Below are positions 30,357 to 40,656 of a DNA stretch of 64,000 nt, one piece after another. The notes beneath the pieces are model-generated. The model was not told the origin of the DNA. It saw nothing but the letters and a program-made list of their open reading frames with translations, and ran no database searches. Where the stretch lies: assembly GCA_965218095.1 (NCBI GenBank), contig OZ244587.1, forward strand, positions 6,176,001 to 6,240,000, given 5' to 3'. This DNA is from Candidatus Poribacteria bacterium (GTDB lineage Bacteria > Poribacteria > WGA-4E > PCPOR2b). Within the stretch, counting starts at the first letter, position 1, and every line of letters begins with the position of its first letter. The position numbers and the translations under genes were made by a program.

Positions 30357-31070
30357 ATGGCTAAACCTACACAAATATCTACCGAGCACCACAACTGGGA
30401 CGCCTGGATCGGCACAGACGAAGCGGGCAAAGGGGACTATTTTGGACCGTTGGTGGCGGCAGGTGTATACGTCAATGCTAAAACCAGCGACGCGTTACGC
30501 GCATTAGACGTGCGGGATGGGAAGAAGATCTCTGATTCACAGATCCGAAAGCTGGCGCAAGAGATCCGGATGCGCTGCGGTCATTATGTCTCACTGATTG
30601 AGGTCACTCCGCTGCGATATAATGCGCTGTATACTTCATTCACGGAAAAAGGGCAAAACCTGAACCATCTCCTGGCGTGGCTTCACGCTAGAGCGATTCA
30701 AAACCTGCTCAACCATGTGGATTGCCGCTCCATCCTTGTGGACCGCTTCGCAAATCAGGAGGTGTTAGCTGCACAGTTGCGAACGATTTGGTCGAAAATC
30801 GAGTTGATACAAGTCCCGAGGGCCGAAAGCGATATTGCTGTCGCTGCTGCATCGATTATCGCCCGCGATGCTTTTCTCAGACGGCTAGATCGGCTTTCTG
30901 GGAAGTATCAGATCCGATTGCCCAAAGGCGCGTCGCAAGTGATTGAAGCAGGAAAGCAGTTTGTTGAACTGCATGGTGCAGAATCTTTACGCCATGTCGC
31001 CAAGCTGCACTTTAGGACGACGACGGATATTTTAGGGGTTCAAGAAAGCAACAAGTTCGAAGAGCAATAG
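30357..31070 (+). CDS. rnhC: ribonuclease HIII (catalytic domain only)
   Basis: IGTDEAGKGDYFGPL, NLNHLLAWLH, VAAASIIAR, LPKGA, AKLHF. Confidence 0.88.
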   Translation: MAKPTQISTEHHNWDAWIGTDEAGKGDYFGPLVAAGVYVNAKTSDALRALDVRDGKKISDSQIRKLAQEIRMRCGHYVSLIEVTPLRYNALYTSFTEKGQNLNHLLAWLHARAIQNLLNHVDCRSILVDRFANQEVLAAQLRTIWSKIELIQVPRAESDIAVAAASIIARDAFLRRLDRLSGKYQIRLPKGASQVIEAGKQFVELHGAESLRHVAKLHFRTTTDILGVQESNKFEEQ

Positions 31071-31074
31071 AACC

Positions 31075-32568
31075 GTGGAGAATCTTATGTTGATTCGCTT
31101 AAAAGTTTCTGGCTTCAAAAACCTTGTCGATGTTGATGTCCCCTTGGGGCCATTTACCTGTGTTGCAGGTGCGAACGGCACGGGCAAATCGAATTTGTTT
31201 GATGCAATTCAGTTTCTCAGTGCCTTAGCTAGCCATACATTGATTGATGCAGCAAGGTCGGTGCGTAGTGAGGAAGGAAGAACAAGCAATGTGCGTAACT
31301 TGTTTCATCGTATTGGCGATACGCATACCAAGGAGATGTCCTTTGAAGCCGAGATGATAATTCCCGAAGAGGGGATAGATGATTTGGGACAGCAGGCAAA
31401 AGCAACGACGACGTTTCTCCGTTACAGTGTTGTCCTCGCGTATCGCGTGGATGACAGCCTACCTTCATTAGGGACACTCGAACTTATTGAAGAGAAACTT
31501 GAGCGTTTAAAATTGGGCGATTGGAGAAAACATCTAAAATTTGCTGACAAAAGAAAAGCCTGGCGCGATTCTGTACTAAAAGGCAGAAGAGTAGTCCCCT
31601 TCATTTCAACTGGAAATCAAGAGGGGAACCGAGTGATAAGGTTACACCAAGACGGAGGAAGTAGTGGTAGACCTCAGACGATTCTGGCGAAAAACCTCCC
31701 GCGTACCGTGCTTTCTACTGTCAACGCCACAGAGAGTCCGACAGCACTTTTAGCGCGTCGTGAAATGCAGTCTTGGCGGTTACTCCAATTGGAGTCTTCT
31801 TCATTGCGCGAACCTGATGAGTTCACAAGGCCACCCGGCTTAGAGAGCGATGGCTCTCACTTGCCGGCAACTTTATATCAACTGGCACGGTCTCAAAAAA
31901 ATACAAACCAAGCCTCTAAGGAGGAAGATGAGACTTGGATATATGACCAGGTCGCTGCCCGTCTATCAGAACTGATTGACGATGTTTACGCTGTCAGGAT
32001 TGATCGGAATGAACGCCGGGAACTGCTCACTTTGGAAGTCACAGACCATAGCGGCACGGTTCATCCAGCACGCTCGCTCTCAGATGGGACCTTGCGCTTT
32101 CTAGCACTATCGGTTTTAGAATTAGACCCAAAAACAAGTGGCCTCATCTGCATGGAAGAACCGGAAAGCGGTATTCATCCAGCACGAATTCCCTCGATCT
32201 TACGTCTGCTTCAGGATATCGCCACCGATGTGACCAACCCTGTTAAATCAGATAACCCACTATCTCAGGTGATTGTCAATACGCATTCCCCATCCGTCGT
32301 ACAGCAAGTTCTTGAGGATACGCTTTTGGTTGCGGAATTAAGAGAGATGGTACAGGATGGTCAGCGATTTAAGGGGGGGCGCTTTAGTTGGTTACCCGAT
32401 ACATGGCGAGAAGATACCCTGCCGGATGTCCAGCCTGTAGCTCTAGGTCAACTGTTGGCTTACCTAGAGTCTACAAGGCCAATAGACCCGCCGCCGAAAT
32501 CGAAGCCGAAAAAGCCCCAGCGGGTTATAGAGAGCCTCCAACTCCTACTTCCAACTCCTACTATTTGA
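31075..32568 (+). CDS. ABC-type AAA ATPase (AAA_21-like)
   Basis: GANGTGKSN Walker A, LSDGTLRFL signature, ICMEEPESGIHP Walker B, NTHSP. Confidence 0.9.
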   Translation: MENLMLIRLKVSGFKNLVDVDVPLGPFTCVAGANGTGKSNLFDAIQFLSALASHTLIDAARSVRSEEGRTSNVRNLFHRIGDTHTKEMSFEAEMIIPEEGIDDLGQQAKATTTFLRYSVVLAYRVDDSLPSLGTLELIEEKLERLKLGDWRKHLKFADKRKAWRDSVLKGRRVVPFISTGNQEGNRVIRLHQDGGSSGRPQTILAKNLPRTVLSTVNATESPTALLARREMQSWRLLQLESSSLREPDEFTRPPGLESDGSHLPATLYQLARSQKNTNQASKEEDETWIYDQVAARLSELIDDVYAVRIDRNERRELLTLEVTDHSGTVHPARSLSDGTLRFLALSVLELDPKTSGLICMEEPESGIHPARIPSILRLLQDIATDVTNPVKSDNPLSQVIVNTHSPSVVQQVLEDTLLVAELREMVQDGQRFKGGRFSWLPDTWREDTLPDVQPVALGQLLAYLESTRPIDPPPKSKPKKPQRVIESLQLLLPTPTI

Positions 32569-32583
32569 TTCTAGTGATACAGA

Positions 32584-33225
32584 ATGACAGAGCTACGTTA
32601 TACCGTGGTGACGGATGGTAGTTCAGACGTCGCATTAATCCCGATTCTTACCTGGTTATTGAGGGCAAATGGCGTTGCGTATGCCATTCAACCTACATGG
32701 GCTGACTTGCGCCAGGTCCACCGTCCAAAGCAAATGAAATTAGAGGATAAAGTCTGCTAGAGTCTCGAACTCTATCCTTGTGAACTCCTTTTCGTTCATC
32801 GGGATGCAGAAAAAGAGCCGCGCGAGAAGCGTGTCAATGAGATAACGACAGCGATTGAAAAAGTCGTTACCTTCGTTCCACCAGCGATTTGCGTTGTGCC
32901 TGTTCGTATGCAAGAGGCATGGTTACTACTTGACGAAACAGCCATCAAGCGTGCAGCTGGAAACTCTTCTAACCGTCAATCACTAAATCTTCCTCCAATC
33001 AATCGGCTAGAGGACTTGCCCGATCCGAAGACCAAACTGCATAATCGTCTCAAACAAGCCAGCAATCTCAGAGGACGGCGTTTAAGGGGATTTCCGGTGA
33101 GTCAGCGTGCCCGCCGTGTTACTGAGTTCATTCATGATTTTTCACCCTTACGTGCATTATCTGCCTTCACTGCTTTGGAGTGCAAGCTCAAACAAATAAT
33201 CAAACAACAGGGCTGGGGCCCTTAG
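32584..33225 (+). pseudogene. DUF4276-like (TOPRIM-type) partner of the ATPase with in-frame TAG at 32758
   Basis: MTELRYTVVTDGSSDVAL, LLFVHRDAE, VPVRMQEAWLL, LPDPK, LSAF all in one frame. Confidence 0.75.
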
Positions 33226-33262
33226 CGAAACACACAAGTTGACAGGAGTTGTGGGAACGATT

Positions 33263-34435
33263 ATGGAAAAGCTATTTCTCGTTCACTACGGCGAAGTTGG
33301 ATTAAAAGGCAAGAATAGGTCTTTTTTTGAGAAAAAACTCGTTCAAAATATCCGGCTTTCTCTGAAAGACACGGGATACGCAGAGGTGCAACGTATATAC
33401 GGTCGGATCCTAGTGACGCTACGACCGGAGGCGGATGTCGTGGCAATCCAAGAGCGATTGGGCAAAGTCATGGGAATTGCTCATTTCGAGCCCGCTGGCG
33501 CGACAGCGCAGAACATGGACGCGATTCAAGCGACTGCATTAGAGCTAATTAAGGACAGCCAGTTTAAGACGCTCAAGGTTGAAACAAAACGTGCTAACAA
33601 GCGTTTTCCGCTCACTTCGCCGGAGATTAGCGCGGCAGTGGGGGCGCATTTACTCAAGGGCACCGGCGCGACAGCGAATATGCACAATCCCGACCTACGC
33701 TGCAACATTGAAATTGTTGAAGATGCAGCGTACATCTACGCGGAAAAGATTCGAGGGGTAGGCGGTCTGCCCATTGGCGTTAGCGGGAAAGTCCTCGTCA
33801 TGCTTTCTGGTGGGATCGATTCACCGGTTGCCGCATGGCGGATGATGAAACGGGGCGCCAAGGCGCTCTTCGTTCACTTTTACAGTTATCCCTACACCGA
33901 CAAAGCATCGCTTGAGAAGGTGGAGGAGCTCGCGCAGATTCTGGCAATCTGGAATTATCGGACACAGGTCTACCTCGTGCCATTCGCCGATGTACAGCGG
34001 GAGATTGTCACAAAAACCCCTGCCTCCTTCCGGGTGATCCTTTACCGCCGAATGATGGTGCGCATTGCACAACGAATCGCAGCCACTGCAAAAGCGGATG
34101 CCCTCGTCACGGGTGAAAGCCTTGGACAGGTTGCCTCACAGACGTTGGGCAACATCCGGGTGATCGAAGATGTCGCGGAGATTCCCATCTTGCGTCCGCT
34201 CATCGGCGACGACAAAGCAGAAATTATGGAACTGGCGCAGCAGATCGGAACGTTTGAAATCTCGATTCTCCCACATGATGATTGCTGTTCCCTTTTTGTC
34301 CCGGAACACCCCGCAACGAACGCATCGCTTGAAGCTGTCCGAGAGGCGGAGGCAGAACTAGAAATCGATGCGCTTGTGGCGCAAGCCATCGAAGCAGTTG
34401 AAAAACAGACAATTGACGATTCCGAGTTATGTTGA
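33263..34435 (+). CDS. thiI: tRNA 4-thiouridine synthase
   Basis: YGEVGLKGKNR, THUMP domain, LSGGIDSPVA, GESLGQVASQT, DCC. Confidence 0.96.
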   Translation: MEKLFLVHYGEVGLKGKNRSFFEKKLVQNIRLSLKDTGYAEVQRIYGRILVTLRPEADVVAIQERLGKVMGIAHFEPAGATAQNMDAIQATALELIKDSQFKTLKVETKRANKRFPLTSPEISAAVGAHLLKGTGATANMHNPDLRCNIEIVEDAAYIYAEKIRGVGGLPIGVSGKVLVMLSGGIDSPVAAWRMMKRGAKALFVHFYSYPYTDKASLEKVEELAQILAIWNYRTQVYLVPFADVQREIVTKTPASFRVILYRRMMVRIAQRIAATAKADALVTGESLGQVASQTLGNIRVIEDVAEIPILRPLIGDDKAEIMELAQQIGTFEISILPHDDCCSLFVPEHPATNASLEAVREAEAELEIDALVAQAIEAVEKQTIDDSELC

Positions 34436-34447
34436 GGAGGGAAGAAA

Positions 34448-35230
34448 ATGCCTAGATTGACTAATGACAAATGGAAACACGGATATATTCTACCTTCACA
34501 TCCGAAAGCATCTGGCAGAGCAACGATTTATATTGAAGGATACCCATCGGAGGATGACGAACCAATGGCGGCGACCAAATTCCACGTACGGCAGATCGTA
34601 CCCCTTAGTTACTAGCTGAAGGCTTTCTTCGGCTGGGAGGAAAGGGTCTATGTGGGTACTGATAGCTTTATCTATTACCGAGAGGACAAGCCCACCAGAA
34701 AGGTAGCGCTAGATGTGTTTGTTGCCTTTGGTGTGGATGCGATTCCGGCACGACGAAGTTTTTACACCTGGGCGGAAAGCGCGGTTCCTGCGATTGCCTT
34801 TGAATTTCTATCGGATGAGACGAAAAGCAGCGATCTTACAAAAAAAACACAATTGTATTTACAGAAAATTGGGATGCAGGAGTATTTTGTTCACCAACCC
34901 GAAGGGAACAAGCCACCCGAGTTTCGCGAGTTCCGACGGACCGCAGAAGGGGAAATCATCGAAATCGAATCCGATGAGTGGGGATGGTTGTTTAGCAAGG
35001 TACTAAATCTGTGGTTTGCGCCGGAAGATCAACCAGATAAGGTGAGATTGATGCGTCCGTATTATCCCGATGGCGCTCCCCTACCCACCTATGATGAAGT
35101 CAAACAGGAACGGGATCGTTTCAAGAGAGAAGCAGTGGAAGCTGAAACGAAGGCACGGGCAGAAGCTGAAACCCACGCGGAACTAGAGTCTGAATTAGAA
35201 AGATTACGCTAGCTTTTGGCACAACATTGA
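34448..35230 (+). pseudogene. Uma2-family endonuclease with TAG at 34613 and probably 35210
   Basis: YPSEDDEPMAATKFH, DVFVAFGV, FEFLS, EYFVH; after the second TAG the coiled coil continues LLAQH to TGA. Confidence 0.8.
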
Positions 35231-35232
35231 GT

Positions 35233-36369
35233 ATGAAAAACATCCTCCTCATCCGTCTCAGCTCGCTTGGCGATATTGTCCTCACCTCGCCAGCGATTCG
35301 CGCTGTGCGGCAGCACTTCCCGCACGCCCGAATCGCTATGCTCGTGGCGAAGCAGTCCGCCGATCTACTCACAGAAAATCCGCACCTCGACGAAGTGGTC
35401 ATCTTTGACCGAAATGCCCAAAATAAGGATACCGGCGAGATGCGGCGGGTGATTCGTCTTCTGCGGGAACGGAATTTTGATCTCGCGATCGATTTCCAAC
35501 GCAAATTCCGTACAAGTCTGCTCGCGTATTTAAGCGGCGCGAAGCGCCGTGTTGGCTATCATCAACCCAATGGGTTGCTGTGTACCGTCCGTGTGCCGGA
35601 CCGTGTCAACAAGTCTCCCCGCCCCGATGGAATCGGTCTGGGACTCTCGGTGCTGCACCGGAGGATCGAAACCGAATTGCATCGGGACTCAGAGCAACTA
35701 GCGAAGCAAGATCCCGGTTCATCGGGGCACGCTATCGATCGCTACTTCGATCTGCTGCACGCGATTGGGATTCCGGCGACAGATCGGACGTTGGAGTTGT
35801 TCATTACGGAGGCAGACTGCGCTTTTGCCTGTGATACTCTTGCTACCAAAGGAGTTCACTCCGATCAGGTGAAGATCGGACTGTTTCCGGGGGCGGGGTG
35901 GAAATTGCGGGAGTGGATGCCGAATCGCTTTGCGGCAATCGGCGACCTCGTGACGAAACACTTTGATGCACAGGTGCTGATTTTCGGTGGGGCGAATGAG
36001 CGGGGGCTCGTCGATCTGGTTGCCAACCTCATGACGACGAAGCCGATTTCGTTTGCCGGAGATCTCCGCATGCGTCAGTTGGCAGCGTTAATTGAGCAGT
36101 GTGACCTCTTCATTACGAACGACACCGGACCAATGCACGTTGCCGCAGCAATGCACACGCCGATCGTTGCACTGTTTGGGCCGGGCGCCCACCTCCGCTT
36201 TCAGCCGCTCGATCCGATGCACACGACCATCCGCCATCATGTGCCGTGCAATCCGTGCAAACAGTTCACGGGCAAGTGCAAAAACAACATCTGCATGAAA
36301 CTAATTACTGTCGATGAAGTTTGGGAAACTGTTCGCCAGAAGTTGTCCAGCGGTTTGTCCAACGGTTGA
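35233..36369 (+). CDS. LPS heptosyltransferase (GT9) with a repeat-derived internal insertion
   Basis: ILLIRLSSLGDIVL, NDTGPMHVAAA, LFGP, CNPC. Confidence 0.92.
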   Translation: MKNILLIRLSSLGDIVLTSPAIRAVRQHFPHARIAMLVAKQSADLLTENPHLDEVVIFDRNAQNKDTGEMRRVIRLLRERNFDLAIDFQRKFRTSLLAYLSGAKRRVGYHQPNGLLCTVRVPDRVNKSPRPDGIGLGLSVLHRRIETELHRDSEQLAKQDPGSSGHAIDRYFDLLHAIGIPATDRTLELFITEADCAFACDTLATKGVHSDQVKIGLFPGAGWKLREWMPNRFAAIGDLVTKHFDAQVLIFGGANERGLVDLVANLMTTKPISFAGDLRMRQLAALIEQCDLFITNDTGPMHVAAAMHTPIVALFGPGAHLRFQPLDPMHTTIRHHVPCNPCKQFTGKCKNNICMKLITVDEVWETVRQKLSSGLSNG

Positions 36370-36403
36370 GAGTCCTTTATTTGCCTCTACGTTTCGGGGG
36401 CTT

Positions 36404-36592
36404 TCACTTTATTCTAACAAATTTTTTGAATGAACCATCCGCATTCCGTTCAACCTGAGTTCCCGCCTTAAGCCAGAATCTATCAGATAACTTCCAGGAT
36501 TTCTCACACATGACGTGCAACCCCCTCTCAAGTACAACGCGAGCATGCTCATAGTGCAGTGTATGCGGTGAAGCCACAATCACACCGTCCAT
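36404..36592 (-). pseudogene. Gfo/Idh/MocA oxidoreductase fragment
   Basis: DGVIVASPHTLHYEHA..GLHVMCEK only. Confidence 0.7.
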
Positions 36593-36735
36593 TTCGCGCT
36601 GCTTATCCCGAAAAAGCGATTGACCGATACAGCGGTTTGGTGTTACAATGTTCTTAATTTCAGTATGTCACTACATTTTACACATTATACCTCATCTCCC
36701 ACGCTTCTTCGATTATCTCGAGAGGGTTCTCTCCC

Positions 36736-37485
36736 ATGTCATCCCAGCAAGAAATGACAATCCCTTCGCTAAACTATTCATTGGTTTATGTCCCCGATGG
36801 GCCATTCATCATGGGAACGATTCCGACGGGGCTGCGAAAAACTGACCATGAAGAACCGCAGCGCGAAGTGGCGCTCGACGCTTACTATATTGGGAAGTAT
36901 CTCGTGACCAATGCCCAATACGTACAATTTGTGGAAGCGGGGCAATATTATCCGCCGCGTTTTCATACCGATCCGCGCTTCAACGCGCCAAATTGCCCTG
37001 TCGTTGGGGTGAGTTGGCACGATGCGCAGGCGTTTCTGGATTGGCTCAACGAACTTACGGGCGAAGCGTATCGCCTGCCGACGGAAGCGGAGTGGGAAAA
37101 GGCAGCACGAGGCACGGATGGTCGGGCGTATCCTTGGGGGAATGAATGGGATGCTTCCAGAGCAAATACCTCGGAAAGCCGCCTTAAACAGCCTACGCCT
37201 GTCGGCAGCTATCCGGATGGCGTCAGCCCTTACGATTGTTACGACATGGGAGGGAATGTTTACGAGTGGTGCAACGATTGGTCTCACCCACAGACGTATC
37301 AATACGCACCGGCACAAAATCCTCAGGGCCCAGTTGATGGAAGACGCAAGGTAATCCGAGGAGGCTCATGGGTTGCGCGTGGAGAATTCGCGGCGCGATG
37401 TGCCAACCGTGCGGCGTATGAACCGATGGAGATGGTGCATAACGTTGGGATCCGGATTGCGAAGTCAGCCTCTGAATCAATCTGA
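36736..37485 (+). CDS. formylglycine-generating enzyme family protein
   Basis: RLPTEAEWEKAARG, GNVYEW, RGGSW. Confidence 0.92.
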   Translation: MSSQQEMTIPSLNYSLVYVPDGPFIMGTIPTGLRKTDHEEPQREVALDAYYIGKYLVTNAQYVQFVEAGQYYPPRFHTDPRFNAPNCPVVGVSWHDAQAFLDWLNELTGEAYRLPTEAEWEKAARGTDGRAYPWGNEWDASRANTSESRLKQPTPVGSYPDGVSPYDCYDMGGNVYEWCNDWSHPQTYQYAPAQNPQGPVDGRRKVIRGGSWVARGEFAARCANRAAYEPMEMVHNVGIRIAKSASESI

Positions 37486-37746
37486 GGGTGATAGTTTGCG
37501 CCCGCGTTGGGAAAGGATCCTGTCCCAATCTGGATAGTCTTTCTTGGTTTGCCACTGTTTTACCGCTTCCTTGAAATCAAGCATATCCATGACAAAGCCT
37601 TCAAGAACGAGCGGATCTGCCCTTTGAACAAGTTGAAGAAACTCGCGTGTTTCCACTCTCCCAATTTCCTAGCATAAGCGTTCGATTGTCTGACCAAGCA
37701 ATTTTCCTTTTGGACTTTCCTGATCAAACTGTACCAATTCTGCCAT
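37477..37746 (-). pseudogene. small hypothetical protein with in-frame TAG at 37669-37671
   Basis: AAGGAGGT RBS then MAELVQFDQESPKGKLLGQTIERLC*EIGRVETREFLQLVQR...; not in the ORF track. Confidence 0.6.
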
Positions 37747-37781
37747 CGCAATGACCTCCTTTCAAATTTAGGTAGATAATA

Positions 37782-37919
37782 CCTTGACTTTGTTACATTC
37801 GCCCCCCGGCCCCCAATTCTGGGGGAGTTTTTACGATTCTCCCTCCAGCATTGAGGGACCGGGGGGGCAAGCCACCAGAGGATCTGCCGATGAGTTCTTT
37901 TAATCTAACAAAGTCAAGA
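37782..37919. mobile_element. 138-bp MITE-like element flanked by TA, carrying a GC-rich cruciform
   Basis: Ends ccttgactttgttacatt / aatctaacaaagtcaaga; TA on both sides; internal gccccccggcccccaattctggggg...ccggggggggc-type hairpin. Confidence 0.65.
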
Positions 37920-37963
37920 TACAAAGTTGACGAAATATTGTCAAGAGCAAAGAAGATGATGCC

Positions 37964-39526
37964 ATGTTAGGCCGCAAAAGCTCTCGTCCATTTTTAATTT
38001 GCTCACTCATCATTCACCTCATCGCTGCGCTCATCATGATTCAGATGCAGTCTGAACAGCGTCAAATATCATCCTTTGATGGCAGCGTTGTGCTTGACAT
38101 TACCCACATTTCACGTCCAACGGTTCGCCCCCACGTCAAGGTTAAGCCGACTTCTCCACCTCTGCCTGCTGAACCTGTGGAAGCTGTTCAGGAAGTTTCT
38201 GCCCCTAAACCCAGGCTAGCTTCTGCCGCCGATTGGCTGACGGTTGATGCCCTCAAGATCAATCAGCGGATGGCAATTGTAGCGAAAATTGATTCGCCTG
38301 TCATCCCTGGCAGGGTTGGGCTTGCTCCCCAACCACGATTCGTCCCAACAGCACGTCCAAACTCCAGAGCACTCGCCATCACAGCAGTAGATCTACTGAG
38401 AGAAGGTTCAGAAAAAGTCTTGCCCTCGGCAGCACATGAGGACATTAATGTGACCGAAGTAGGAGACAATTTGGCCGAAAACTCTCCTGATGTCGGCATG
38501 GCGAAGTTGCGGGTTGGACGCAGGCGAGGCGAAGTGCTAGGCGGGATGCCCATCGGAAATGCTTCAGGTGGCGGTAGCGCTTCAGGCGTCTCCGCAGGAG
38601 AGAATTACGTCCAGATGATGACGGAACTTGCTCGAAGCCTGATAGATGCAGCAACCGCTCACAAGATTGACCTGGTTTTTATCATTGACAAGACTGGGAG
38701 TATGGAAGACAATGTGCGCGGCATCCGGGCGTACATTGACCTCTTCTTTGAGCATTTCACCCGTGCAGGACACGACGCCGCTTTTGGCTTGGTCACATTC
38801 GCCGACGCAACACGCAAAAAGCCGAAGGTTCGTGGCGTCACGGCAAATCATGGCAAATTCAAAAATTGGCTTTACAAAATCAAATTTGAAGGCGGGGGCG
38901 ATCTCGCTGAATCGGGGCTGGACGCACTGATGGCTGCGTTAAATAAAATCAAATTCCGACGCGGTGCACAGCGGTTTTTCGTCCTTGCCAGTGATGGTAC
39001 CTTTCACGATGCGGATTACGACGGCAGGTCTGAGTACAGCCTTGATCAGGTCATCGAAACGTTGCAGCGTGAAGGCATCCAGGTCGATGTCATCGGACTC
39101 GATTTCCTGCCTATTAGACAGATTGCCTGGGGGACGGGCGGCGCCTGGCGGGCAATCCCCGGCAAAGGCTATCTGGAGCACATCCCGCCGATGCTGACAG
39201 CCAAAATGCTCTCTGAGCTTGGCGTGCTCGGTTTCAATGGAGACGCGCAGGAGGCAGATGAGCTTGTCGTTTATGTCAGTCGCAACCCGCGCCCAACATG
39301 GCTCAAAATTACGTGGAAGGTGCTTAACCCGCTGGGCGAGCGATGCTATGGTCCCTTCACAGAACACCTTGATATTCCCAACGATGGTTCAGATGCAGTG
39401 AGATTTACCTCTGCGATTGATGTCAGCCAATTTTTCTCCATGCCGGGAACATACACTGTCATCTACCGACTCGAAAATGATCTCGGGCATCGAAGTATCC
39501 TGCGCCGTGTGCTTCAAAAGGAATGA
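37964..39526 (+). CDS. membrane-anchored von Willebrand A domain protein
   Basis: N-terminal SLIIHL anchor, Pro-rich linker, DLVFIIDKTGSM MIDAS, GGGDLAESGLDAL. Confidence 0.85.
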   Translation: MLGRKSSRPFLICSLIIHLIAALIMIQMQSEQRQISSFDGSVVLDITHISRPTVRPHVKVKPTSPPLPAEPVEAVQEVSAPKPRLASAADWLTVDALKINQRMAIVAKIDSPVIPGRVGLAPQPRFVPTARPNSRALAITAVDLLREGSEKVLPSAAHEDINVTEVGDNLAENSPDVGMAKLRVGRRRGEVLGGMPIGNASGGGSASGVSAGENYVQMMTELARSLIDAATAHKIDLVFIIDKTGSMEDNVRGIRAYIDLFFEHFTRAGHDAAFGLVTFADATRKKPKVRGVTANHGKFKNWLYKIKFEGGGDLAESGLDALMAALNKIKFRRGAQRFFVLASDGTFHDADYDGRSEYSLDQVIETLQREGIQVDVIGLDFLPIRQIAWGTGGAWRAIPGKGYLEHIPPMLTAKMLSELGVLGFNGDAQEADELVVYVSRNPRPTWLKITWKVLNPLGERCYGPFTEHLDIPNDGSDAVRFTSAIDVSQFFSMPGTYTVIYRLENDLGHRSILRRVLQKE

Positions 39527-39620
39527 GTGAGTAAATAAGCGAATCGGCGAATCAACAATTACGCAGCACGCAATACGTAATACGCATCACGTTTCACGCA
39601 TTACGCACATAGGAGTATTT

Positions 39621-40598
39621 ATGGTATCAGAGAAGCAGGTTGCTATCGACGCGGTGTTGAAAGCCGCACAGTTATGTCAGCAGGTACAATCCGATATGGG
39701 ACACACGGATGCAATGGAGAAAGCAGATCGAAGCCCCGTGACAATAGCGGACTTCGGGTCACAGGCTTTAATCTGTCAAGCCATCAGCAATGCTTTCCCA
39801 GATGATGTCATTGTTGCTGAAGAAGATTCTCAGGTGTTACGCGAACACACATCGCTTCTGAAGCGTGTGACAGGATATGTCAACCGTTTTGCCGACGTCC
39901 CCTCGCCTCAAACAGTCTGCGATTGGATTGATTGGGGCGGCGGAGAAGTCGGGGGACGCTTCTGGACGCTGGATCCGATTGATGGGACGAAAGGGTTCTT
40001 GAGAAAAGATCAATACGCCATCGCGCTGGCGTTGATCATTGATGGAGAGGTGAGGCTTGGAGTGCTTGGGTGCCCCAATTTGCCGCAGAGCTTGGATGAC
40101 CCATGGAGTGAAGCGCCCGATCCTATCGGGGCGAAACGCGGTTGTCTTTTTGTCGCGGTTCGGGGTGAAGGCACACGTATGCTTTCGTTAGATGAGGATT
40201 TCTCAGAACAGATTCACGTTTCTCAGACAGTCCTCCGTTTTGCAGAGAGTGTTGAGTCTGCTCACGGCGATCTTGATTCTCACGCCGAGATTACCCGTCA
40301 GGTTGGAATTAGTGAACCGCCGATTCGAATGGACAGCCAAGCGAAGTATGGCGTGGTCGCACGGGGAGAAGCGTCGGTCTATATCCGTTTGCCACATCCG
40401 GCGAATCCGAATTACCGTGAGTGCATCTGGGATCACGCTACCGGGATAATTGTGGTGGAGGAAGCGGGTGGAAAGGTGACGGATGCCGAAGGACGTCTAC
40501 TCGATTTCTTGCAAGGGAGACGGATGACCGCCAATCGCGGCATCCTGGCGACGAATGGGGAACTGCATCCGCATATGCTGGAGAGTATCCGCCACTGA
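39621..40598 (+). CDS. 3'(2'),5'-bisphosphate nucleotidase (HAL2-like)
   Basis: SPVTIADF, AEED, LDPIDGTKGF, MDSQAKY, IWDHA. Confidence 0.92.
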   Translation: MVSEKQVAIDAVLKAAQLCQQVQSDMGHTDAMEKADRSPVTIADFGSQALICQAISNAFPDDVIVAEEDSQVLREHTSLLKRVTGYVNRFADVPSPQTVCDWIDWGGGEVGGRFWTLDPIDGTKGFLRKDQYAIALALIIDGEVRLGVLGCPNLPQSLDDPWSEAPDPIGAKRGCLFVAVRGEGTRMLSLDEDFSEQIHVSQTVLRFAESVESAHGDLDSHAEITRQVGISEPPIRMDSQAKYGVVARGEASVYIRLPHPANPNYRECIWDHATGIIVVEEAGGKVTDAEGRLLDFLQGRRMTANRGILATNGELHPHMLESIRH

Positions 40599-40656
40599 GA
40601 TCGTAGAAATGATTGTCGTAACCGTAGTAGAAACCGGGCACAGACATGTCTTTTAT

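Noticed and set aside
6863-37485. Diversity-generating retroelement targeting the two FGE (C-type lectin fold) genes
   Set aside because: No reverse transcriptase and no template repeat differing at adenines from either 3' end is visible in the window
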